DNA from: Balanoglossus misakiensis
Taxonomy: Eukaryota; Animalia; Hemichordata
Assembly (NCBI GenBank): GCA_040954595.2
Contig: CM082576.2
Span: 17,345,028-17,409,027, forward strand
Direction: 5' to 3'
Length of the DNA: 64,000 nt
This document shows, one piece after another, positions 24,701 through 64,000 of this stretch (position 1 is the stretch's first letter; every line of letters starts with the position of its first letter). Below the pieces are notes generated by a model, which did not search any database, was not told the DNA's origin, and was given only the letters and a program-made list of their open reading frames with translations. Made by a program: the position numbers and the translations under genes.

Positions 24701-27700
24701 TTTGCTGCTGAAGGGGATGAATGGAATTTGCACTATCTTATCATTTATATACCTGGCTGGCGATCATCTACAGTGGCTTTAAGATGTCATCACAGCAAAT
24801 GCTGAAATGGTGTTTGCATTTGTTAGTATTGAGATCTGTCTCTTTTTATTTGGAAATAGTTAGAAGTTGGGTAATAATACATCTCGCTTAATTCCTCTCA
24901 CACTGAAAATGGCTGTGAAAGGGTTCTTTTGGCATACGACATATGAAGTGTCTGACAATCAGAAGGGTTGGACATAACTTGTCGTGGATTGATCGTAATT
25001 ATAACATTTTTTTGTTCTTCCCAACAGCTGATCCCTATGCCCAACCCAAACAAGATGCTGGCTACAGTGTTTTTATCAAGTTTGACCTAGAACCACTAGA
25101 CAACATTGACATGAGCGCAGTAACACAGGCTGAAATCCGCATGTATCAAATACCCAATGTGTCTCCCACAACCACAGAACAGAGAATAGAGTTGCATCAG
25201 ATACTTGGGCCACGGCGAGGAGACATCACCCCAGAACGCAAATATCTCCATAGTATGGTGCTTAATCCAATGCATGGTGGGTGGCTGTCATTTGATGTCT
25301 CAACTTTGGTCAAAGAGTGGATGATAAACCCAGGTAAGATGACACAATGGCTCATTTGCTTGTGGAATATACCGGTAATAATAATACAGTAAAACCAGTC
25401 TAAACCGAGTCCTGTCTAATCTGGAAACCTGTCTATAGCGAACACATTTTCCAGTCCCTTTCAAATAGAACCACATGTTAAAGGAAGTTTATAAACCAGA
25501 CATCTCTGCAAACCGAACAATTTCTTCAGTCCCTTTGGTGTTCAGTTTAGACAGGTTTTATTGTACATTTATTCAGTACCGTACTATTGGCCACCGGCCA
25601 TACTGTACGCAACAAAAAGATATCAAAGTTTACAGTCACCACAGTCTGCTGATGAAATAGGAATGCTACTTTATACAGCACAGTTTTATTCAATTCAAAC
25701 CCAGACCTACTGCACCAATTCACATTCATGTATATACTCTCTCAATCTCATCTGTACTGGTCACGTACGCCGTATTTGCCGCTGACCAGTTTATAGCTCA
25801 CCCAGTCACCAGAAAGTGATCAGTTCTTGTCACTCGAAAATAGAACCTGTGTATAACAGTTGGTGGATAATATCTGATCAGCCGTTCTTGAGATATCAAT
25901 CATGCTAATACACACACTCGTGCACACAGACAGACACACACACACGCACAAAAGAGGTAACAACAATAAACAGGAATGTTTGTTGGCATCAATCACCATT
26001 TTTTATAACCTATTATTTTCAACACCTAAAGTTGTTATGACAGGCAAAGTATCCATTGTGTAATGATAATCTAATTTATATTTGATGTCTTTCAAATGTT
26101 TTTAGATTAAAAAAATCTACAGAACCTTGGGGTACACTGCAGTATAAAAGATGATCTAAAATGGGTCTGAGAATTGAGCCAGGTTCACTGCAGTCCCCAA
26201 CACAGACTATGTTCGAACAAGCTAATAAGACATTAAAGTGAACCCGTCATTACGCCACACTTGCGCACTGAGTCTGTCGATAATTGATTGATTTTACCCA
26301 CGTTGCCAACGAGTCCCACACAACGACAGCACCAATCAACGGACTCAGTGCGCAAATGCGACGCAACGACAGGTTCACTTTAACCATTCCAACATTTCAC
26401 ACTAACCTGTGTTTTCTTCAGAAAAAGCTGACTGTGACATTTCTATTGTAGCATCCAATGAAGGAGTGGAGTTGACTGTCCACTGTCCAGGATTTGAATT
26501 TGATGTCGATACAAAGGACCTAGTCCATGGCCACGTAGATCCACTTCAGATAATTATAGCCGGTATGTATTCACACATCCTATCATTGAGTAATTTACAG
26601 AAAGTGCAATTTCAAACCCTATATAATCAAGGCCTGAAGGGGCAAATGTCATAACTGTATGTGCCTGTTTTTGTGTGCTCAGTCCGTCTGTCACTGTCTG
26701 TCTGTCTTTCTGTCTTAGCATCCCTTTGTGTTGAACCCTTTCACCACAATGGTTCAGTTCAAACCCATTTGTTTTCAATGATAAAGTTGGACCTCTAAAG
26801 AGGGAACTGGTGGTGAACTAGGGTAAAGGCAACACAATTTTTGAATGATTATTTGGAATTGAGTGATTTCTTAGAAGACATTGCTTTCTTTATTCAGGGG
26901 AAATGTTTTAAAGTATTGCATAATGTTGTAAAAAAGTTATATGGGAAATTCCAATTTCACAAACTTTCACTGATGTAAAGCAGAACCCACAAATATTATA
27001 ATTACACAAAAACTGGAAGTGACACAGAAAACTTGTCTTCAGCTGCAGCTGCAATTACAGTCATGCTTATGTGTTCTGTAACATCGAGATGACACATAAC
27101 TGGGTAGTGGGCTAGTCTTAGGCCAGCAATCCCCATCTATGACCAGGATGGCCAAGAAATGACCAAAAATGGCAGAGAAATGTGTGCTTAGAGCAGAACA
27201 GCATATTGGCTGCAGCAAAAGCCGTTAAAGTCTCTCCCAGTTCCATCGTATGTTACTCTCTATTCAAATGTAATAACATTATGAGGGAATCTGTAATATT
27301 CTACTTTGGGGGTATTATTACCATTTTTGGTCAAAAATCACAGAATCTGCTTGTCCAATTTCTTTGAAAATTAGAATGCAAGTCCCTGTTGTTATTTTGT
27401 TGTAAACATTTCGGACCATTTTGACGGGTTTTATAAAGAAAATTCATAGTTGGTATCTTCTCAGACTTCTAGGTAATACGATTTCCAGTCATAACAAATG
27501 ATTTATTACTCTCCAGTGACGAAGTGTTATTGGCATACCGGTATCATATAATATAAGAAAATGCTTGCTGTTACAAACAAGAATTTATACTGTGCTCATT
27601 TCATACAGGAATTGAAAAAGAGAAGAACACAGCCACAACACCCAAACCCAAAGAGGAAGATGGTAGTTATCGACCAGGAAGAGGAGACGTACCCCCAGAG

Positions 27701-28135
27701 GAAAGTCTTGAAGGCAAAAAGGCTCATCTCTTGGTTTCTTCCAAGACGGCCCGAACGACAGCTATAGAAAATGACTACCGGCGCAGAAAACGCAGCTTGG
27801 ATGCCAGTTTTTGCTTTTCACGGCCATCACAAACAAACTGCTGCCTCAGACAACTGTACATTGACTTTCAGCAAGATCTTGGCTGGAACTGGATTCACGC
27901 ACCCAAGGGTTACCATGCCAACTACTGCGGCGGTTCATGTCCCTATTTGTGGAGCGAAGATACACAACACACCAATGTTCTCAGTTTGTACAAAACTCTC
28001 AACCCTGATGCATCACCAGCACCTTGCTGCGTACCTAAAGATCTGGAAGCTCTCACCATTCTGTACTATGAGTCGAGAAGGCCAAAGATTTCCCAACTAA
28101 CAAACATGGTTTTGGCAACTTGCAAGTGCAGTTAA
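21348..28135 (+). CDS. TGFB: Transforming growth factor beta (sensu stricto; co-ortholog of TGFB1/2/3) preproprotein, 432 aa
   Basis: Exons 21348-21702, 25028-25333, 26452-26562, 27609-28135 (all phase-1 GT-AG introns, 1299 nt). Signal peptide; [16 protein letters not shown] latency helix; GWLSFDVS; RGD; RRRKR furin site; 113-aa 9-Cys mature domain [41 protein letters not shown]. Confidence 0.97.
22297..22760. mobile_element. Long-TIR MITE in TGF-beta intron 1; partial relatives at ~36905-37041 and ~53255-53330
   Basis: taggatagaaagtgaagtgg.. / ..catttcactttctatccta with degenerate inverted arms of ~150 bp. Confidence 0.7.
25028..25333 (+). CDS. TGFB: TGF-beta exon 2 (prodomain arm)
   Basis: ttcttcccaacag| .. 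[30 protein letters not shown] |gtaaga. Confidence 0.93.
25387..25563. mobile_element. Tigger/mariner-type MITE, TA target
   Basis: ta|cagtaaaaccagtctaaac ... gtttagacaggttttattg|ta. Confidence 0.7.
26233..26383. mobile_element. 150-bp palindromic TTAA MITE in TGF-beta intron 2
   Basis: ttaa|agtgaacccgtc..ttgcgcactgagtc / gactcagtgcgcaa..gacaggttcact|ttaa. Confidence 0.8.
26452..26562 (+). CDS. TGFB: TGF-beta exon 3 (bowtie region, VHCP)
   Basis: tttctattgtag| [20 protein letters not shown]|gtatgt. Confidence 0.88.
27609..28135 (+). CDS. TGFB: TGF-beta exon 4 (RGD, furin site, entire mature domain)
   Basis: tttcatacag|; RGD at 27680-27688; RRRKR at 27779-27793; TAA at 28133-28135. Confidence 0.96.
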
Positions 28136-29522
28136 GATCTATGAAAATGCATCCTCTTGACACAGGGGAACTTTGTAGGTTAAAACATTAGTGAACCTAT
28201 AGGTTTTTCAGCACAGTTTAAATAATTTTACTTGACTCTCTTTTTTTCTTATTTTTGGATCCACCCACTTTTTCTAAAACTAGGTTGATCACTGGTTTTC
28301 ATAATCTGTAGATACATAAAATGATGTGCGTTTATTGACATTTTGCTTCCGTGTATATAGATAATTGAAGGTATCAAGTTGCTGAACGATTGTAACAAGT
28401 TAAAAGGAAACAAAAGTCCAGTAAATGTTTTGATTTCCATATTCACCAGAAAACTAATTAGTAAATCATGATGTGAAACACTTGCATGCACGTGCACGCA
28501 TTGCAAAGAATGATGCTGCATAAAGCTCACTGAACAGCTGTAGAAATAGCCATACGAAAAGGCTCATGGGCGCTACTTGAGTGATGTCATTGGTGATATA
28601 GAAGTAGTCACCAGCCCTAGAACATAGAGCATGTATGTCAAGTTTGCCTAGTGTATTAGCAAAGAGTGTGCAAACTTTTATGCACACTTTGTGTCTTATT
28701 GCTACTCCTCAATTCTTATGTGCCAACAATGGTGTACTGTTGTGCAGTTGGACTCAGCAATTGCAGACAAAACAAAAACAGAGTAAATTTTTTGCAGTAT
28801 CCAAAGTTAGGTTAAGGAAATTGGGAGGAAAAAATCTGCTGCTTTTTACATTGAAATTGTGGGTCAGTCAGATGGATGGATGGACGTATGTGTATGTGTG
28901 TGTGTGCATTGGTATGTGCATGCAGATACTGTAGTTCGCACATAAAGAAAACCTTTTTTATAATTTCCTGGAAAATGTATTTTATGTGTGGTTCTATAAT
29001 TTTGAACAGTAAAAAACATTCACATCTGGATTATAATTGTTCTGTGTTTGTTGAGACTGTGCAATGGACATCGTCTGTAAATACCTCTACATGAATATAT
29101 TACTTAGTAAGAAAAATGTTTCTGTTGGCCTCATTGCTTATGGGAACAGCTAAAGGTGTGACACTACTAGTATTCACATACTTTGAAAAAGTATGGCTAG
29201 TGGGAAAGAACTCATGTCTCTGTGATACAGTATAAGGAAGTGTCAGAATGTTTCTTGCAAAGGTGGTTTGCTTCTCTTTGTAAATCATTAATTGTTGGTT
29301 TGGAAAAAATAAACTTTTTTTTGTGTATAAAGAGAAGAAAAACAGAACCCCACAAGAATGATACATTATTTTGTTTTGATTTGTCAGGCCTGTGTTGCTA
29401 CTTTTAGTTTTACTTTTGTTGTCAGTGGGGAAACTGGCCTATTGCCTGCTAATCAACATAATATTTTACACTGGAATATAAGAAACACACTACACACATT
29501 TAGATAAAGATTTATCTTTAAA

Positions 29523-29536
29523 AATAAATAAATAAA
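29523..29536 (+). terminator. Candidate TGF-beta polyadenylation signal cluster
   Basis: Overlapping AATAAA hexamers ~1.4 kb after the stop, followed by T/GT-rich sequence. Confidence 0.5.
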
Positions 29537-29875
29537 CAGCCAGCTAACCAACCAACCAAGTGGTCATTCAACTTAAATTGGTGTTTTTCATTTATACTTT
29601 TCCAGAGAAATTTTCATGTTTACTATTAGGTATATGAGGTTTAACTCTACTTTTTATTAAGTGCGGAATGAATTACCTATCAATGCAACTTGTATGTAAG
29701 AGATTGAATATTTGTGGAAGAAAGCATTGAGCTTTCTCCTCACACACTGCAGAGGTACTTTCAATAAAATTTCAGAATGTGAGAGATCAAACTTAGATGT
29801 GAAGTTAGTTATTAGCAAACAAACAAACAAATTTAACAAACAATCTTTCCGGGTTTCAAATGACTTTGTCTAGAA

Positions 29876-30474
29876 CAGACTCATGTGTTGTTGTTTTTTT
29901 CACTTTGCTCACTCCACACACAGTCCAGCATTTTGGTCTTCATTTTTGAAATTTCGTTATTTGCATATCAAAGGTCTCTAACCATGTGCGGCTCAGATCA
30001 CTGCTAACCATATGATCATGATCATGACATCTTAGAAGTCAATTATAACCTGATCTACTACTGATTGGCTGAATTAATGAGCAGAGGCATTGCTCAACAT
30101 CAGTGACCTAAGTTGCCATTGCTAGAGTCCTTTGACATGCAAAAAGCAAAATTTCAAACAAACAAATATACAATAAGAAATAAACAAACGGTGCTTGACA
30201 GGCCTGATATGCGAACAAATCAACTGTCAAAGTTGCAAAAGGTTGATATCAAGGTAGTATATGCCGCAAAAATCACTCCAACTTTTTTCTCGTATACTCT
30301 ATGTAAATTTACATAATTCTGTTTCAAAATTGAGAACACTAAGTGGGGGTGCCAGGTAACCTTGCACAATTTTGAAAGAGAGATTGAAATTCAAAGCAAA
30401 ATTTCAAAAATGAAGACCAAAATGCCAGGCTGTGTATAGCGTGAGTGCAAAGCCAAAAAAAGAACATGAGTCTG
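29876..30474. mobile_element. ~600-bp inverted-repeat element between the convergent 3' ends
   Basis: cagactcatgt..gcattttggtcttcatttttgaaattt / aaatttcaaaaatgaagaccaaaatgc..acatgagtctg. Confidence 0.65.
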
Positions 30475-30624
30475 GATGACTAAACTCGGAACTATTTTTT
30501 GTACAGGCTATATTCGCAGAAGAGAATTAGAGGTCAGGCACCACTCCCCCCCCCACACACACACAAATACACACTGATGAGAGCAGCCTGTATTTAGGTA
30601 CCCAAGGACTTATAAGATCAGATA

Positions 30625-30920
30625 GGGCATCATGGCGTAGTTCAGCAGGAGTATAAGGCTCTCATTCAAAGGATTGTAAGTTCGAGACCCAGACATGGCC
30701 ATAGCCTTTCTGTCAGAGGATTGAGACTCCATACATGTAGCTGCAATGTTTCGCCCTTGAGCAAAGCACTTTACTTCTCATTGCTTCATGTGTGTAAATA
30801 TGTGTGTTGATTCAAAAAGAATATGCAAATGGGGCGAGTGAGGGCACTGAGGGAGATACACTCTTCTCTCACACTTTACCAGGCTGCCTCATACGGTTTA
30901 AGAATTTAAAAATAAATAAA
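30625..30920 (+). mobile_element. tRNA-derived SINE with CORE-like central motif
   Basis: Box A tggcgtagttcag; box B gttcgagacc; cccttgagcaaagcacttta (resembles CORE ccttgggcaag.cactt); A-rich tail aaataaataaa. Confidence 0.6.
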
Positions 30921-31918
30921 TCAGGTGAACGCATTACTTTCATAAATTTAATGCAAATTATTAAAAAGTCAACCATTCTATCTTTACAAGATCAAAATGA
31001 TTAAAATAAGTCATCTTCTCTCCTTCAAGACTTCAATATCATTTAGTAATCAAACAATACAGACAATTCAATATATACATAGTAGGCTACCATAACAAAT
31101 AAACTGTACAGAACAACGGAAAATTTTCTAAGTACAAGTGTAAAAACGTACAGTGAGAAATTAAGGCACCTTTCATGTAAATAAAATCTGTGCATCAGCT
31201 AATAATTTTTGGCAAGACTTCTACTGCATTATTCTCATCAAAAATACAGAAAATGATCAATGATAAAACAGAAAAGACATCAGATGTGTACAAATGACCT
31301 GCATTCCCTGAATTTCTTTCAATGTCTTTGGTCTACAATGTGTTCTTATTAATATGTACTTTATGTTTTTCTATTTAAGTGTTGAAACAACATATTTTCA
31401 GAATAAAAAGCAATACATTTTTTCTAAAATTAATCTCATAAAAAATTATGTATGCCCCTTCAGAGCATTAGGTCAGAGAAAATGGTAGAAGGACAACAAA
31501 TTGTTTTTATGTTGACTGTAAACATCTCCCATATATACATTTGGTAACGGCTATTGCATGTACAGTTGAGCAAAGAAAAAGTTTAAACTTGAAAGTACAT
31601 GTAGTTTCTGTCATCAATAACCTACCTGTCACAATGCATTTACTATTAGGACATATATTCCCCTTGCTCATCACCCTGGCCATAGAAATATTTTTATTTA
31701 AATGCAACCATTACCCGCAAGGTAAAAATTTGAGTGCAATTACTATACACAAACTGCCGTAAACTACAGCGTTCAATTGTAACTTTAACTTTTGTACAGC
31801 ATGCGGAAACCCAATATGGAATGACACAGTGACGCGCATTTAGCTATTTGAGCTTTGACCGGCCAAATGTAATGTTTATAGACATGACAACAATTTTCCC
31901 GGTCATTCATACCACACA

Positions 31919-32011
31919 TTAACCCTTTCACCCCCAGTTCCCTTTTAAGAGGTCCAGCCTTACCATAGAAAAGAATGGGTTTGGACTGAACCATGGTGGT
32001 GAAAGGATTAA
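31919..32011. mobile_element. ~90-bp piggyBac-like MITE in the probable TTLL5 3' UTR
   Basis: ttaa|ccctttcacc ... ggtgaaagga|ttaa. Confidence 0.6.
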
Positions 32012-32675
32012 TGTGGACTTACGGCTATTAGCTGCAGCCAGAGTCAAGCAGGGATAAATATCCTACAGCAAAAACAAGAAACCGTGGCAGCAGGGTTATT
32101 GTCGACAGAATAACTCGTTTATGTAACACAATGTAATTGCATTATTTTTGTATGTGTAGTTTTACCAAATCCATTTGTTTCATTTTGTAGGGTTGATCTC
32201 TAGTTTAGGTTTGGCAGCATAAAAGAAAATGTGAGGAATATCACGGTGAAAAATACTTGAAATAACAGAAGGGATGAAATTCTGTGAGCTCAAAGTACAG
32301 AATGGTGTCATGAGTAGCATGCAGATTTCAGGTCACATTTGGCTTCAGTTCTGTTATGTAGAATACCATATGTCACTATCCACAGAACAAAATACATGGA
32401 CTTGTGCATTACATAATTAAACTGTTCTAGCATGTCTCCTTGACATTAATGTGCATCCTAGATGGCATCCTCATACAAATAATCTCAGGATGTAAAACCC
32501 ATAGAAGTGATGCCACAAACTGAAATGCCAGTGTCTGTTTACATTCCATCCCACGAAAAGAATTACTCGTAGTTTCCCAGTCTTGTGAAAGGTAGTATCA
32601 GTGTCATCTGATGTTCTTGTGATCAATTCTCCTGTCTTCAATGCATGGACTGCAGAGGTTCGTGCAGAGTGACTT

Positions 32676-62618
<29,943 letters not shown>

Positions 62619-62770
62619 CTACAAAAGATAAAAGAATATGCAATTTCAATAAATTGACAAGGTATTACAAGTGCCATTTTTGTGTGAAAGCAATGTTCAG
62701 TGTACAGCGGAAATGTTTCCAAACCATGTAATAGAGGGTGTGTGATTGAACTGACATGTGCTGACCCACA

Positions 62771-63941
62771 TTAAAGTGGAACGTTGTGATCCGTTTTTGA
62801 GCCATTCTGCGAAATGTGATTAAAAAGTACTATGAAAAAGGTTGGTTTCATTCACTTTCACTTAGGCATAACAGAGCTACAGCCAGCCAAAAACTGCGCG
62901 AACCCGGAAGTGAGTGACGTCAGCAACTTGTGGTACCGTTGTCCGCTGCCGACGCGTTGGAGCGAGCTTATGCTTATACACGCCTGCACTCACGCGACCG
63001 ACGACGTTAGCATGGCAACATATTCTCGGGTAGTAGGCTACAATTTTGAACCAGAGATTCCCTTCTACGACCAAGCGACTGAATTTTACAGAGGACAAAA
63101 ATTCATGCAGTTCTGATCTCCGATGTGTCCCGCTTGTCAAGGCTTACACTTGGTGTGGTTTCAGTGAAACCATAGACCCTAGGGTATATGGTGAAACAGA
63201 CAATGCTGTTATTAAACAATACCCTTCCTCGTTGTCTCTCCCTCGTTGTCACCTTTTCGAACCACTTTTCTTACAAAAATACTTTGTCACCTTTTATGGA
63301 GTTGAAAAGAATGCAGGTGCATCGTCCTGCTCTCCAGGGGTGTAGTACGTCCGTAGGATAATGGAAGCCAATACCATAGTTATTCTATGCATGTCTCGTC
63401 TCTTGAAATGTATTAAAACTGCCCTTTTTAGTTGCTTTCATTTGATAACTATGCGATCGTCAATAAATGGAAATTAAACCCAAATACATGTACCAAAAAA
63501 CGTGCAGGAAGGATTTAAAACGGTACGTTTATTATTATCAGCGGCAGTTAGAACAACTTTGTATAGGCCTTACGGTTTGTTCATAAACGTCGACATGCAT
63601 GGCATCGTGGACATTGCAGGGTCTATGTCTGCACGCATCGACAAATACAATACACGTAGACCATTGCCTTTGAAAGAAACATATCCCCGTCGATTTTCCG
63701 AATATGTTTTTAAAATCATGATCCGCGCAAAATGTGTCTGTTTATTGGAAACGACACGTCGAACGTGTAAGAGCGCTGCGCCTCGACTGCAACGCAAGTT
63801 GCTGACGTCACTGTAGTATTTTCAACTCGCGTCTTCTGCTTGCGCAGGAAGTGAAAGTGAATTAACCCATCGGAACGTTGCCGTTTTTGACACCCGGTTT
63901 GTACTTTGAAGCCCAAAATTGTGGGTGTCGTTCCACTTTAA
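62771..63941. mobile_element. ~1.17-kb Kolobok-like non-autonomous element
   Basis: ttaa|agtggaacg ... cgttccact|ttaa; CpG-rich; internal MATYSRVVGYNFEP remnant. Another ttaa|agcccc element appears to start at the same TTAA. Confidence 0.7.
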
Positions 63942-64000
63942 AGCCCCAGTACTTCTCGTGTTTATCCTTTTTTACCATCGAAAATTGCCCGTTTTCCCCG

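Noticed and set aside
30625-30700. tRNA gene
   Set aside because: A/B boxes are present but there is no intact cloverleaf, and it continues into a SINE body and A-rich tail.

Overview
This is eukaryotic, AT-rich, intron-rich genomic DNA, most likely from an invertebrate deuterostome (hemichordate, echinoderm or amphioxus type; inferred from a single bona fide TGF-beta and the repeat landscape). Reading splice sites by hand gives four protein-coding genes. (1) The last two exons of RRP15 (+, 9014-9739). (2) A complete 5-coding-exon gene (-, 13041-15395) that the ORF track shows only as fragments: a 222-aa secreted BRICHOS-domain precursor ending in a cationic, Trp-rich, 4-Cys beta-hairpin peptide, a candidate new antimicrobial or amyloid-type peptide. 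(3) A complete TGF-beta sensu stricto gene (+, 21348-28135; 432 aa, RGD motif, furin site, 9-Cys mature domain). (4) TTLL5 tubulin glutamylase (-, 32676-62618; 26 exons in the window, 5' end outside), with a tandem-duplicated, apparently mutually exclusive exon pair. The order RRP15>TGF-beta><TTLL5 joins the human RRP15-TGFB2 and TGFB3-TTLL5 neighbourhoods and looks like the pre-duplication arrangement. Non-coding DNA is packed with DNA-transposon relics and MITEs (AcademH-like with 9-bp TSDs, pogo/Tigger, spliced hAT, P-element, Harbinger-like, many TTAA-targeting Kolobok/piggyBac-like elements) plus a tRNA-derived SINE. All homology calls are from recalled sequence knowledge, not from database searches.
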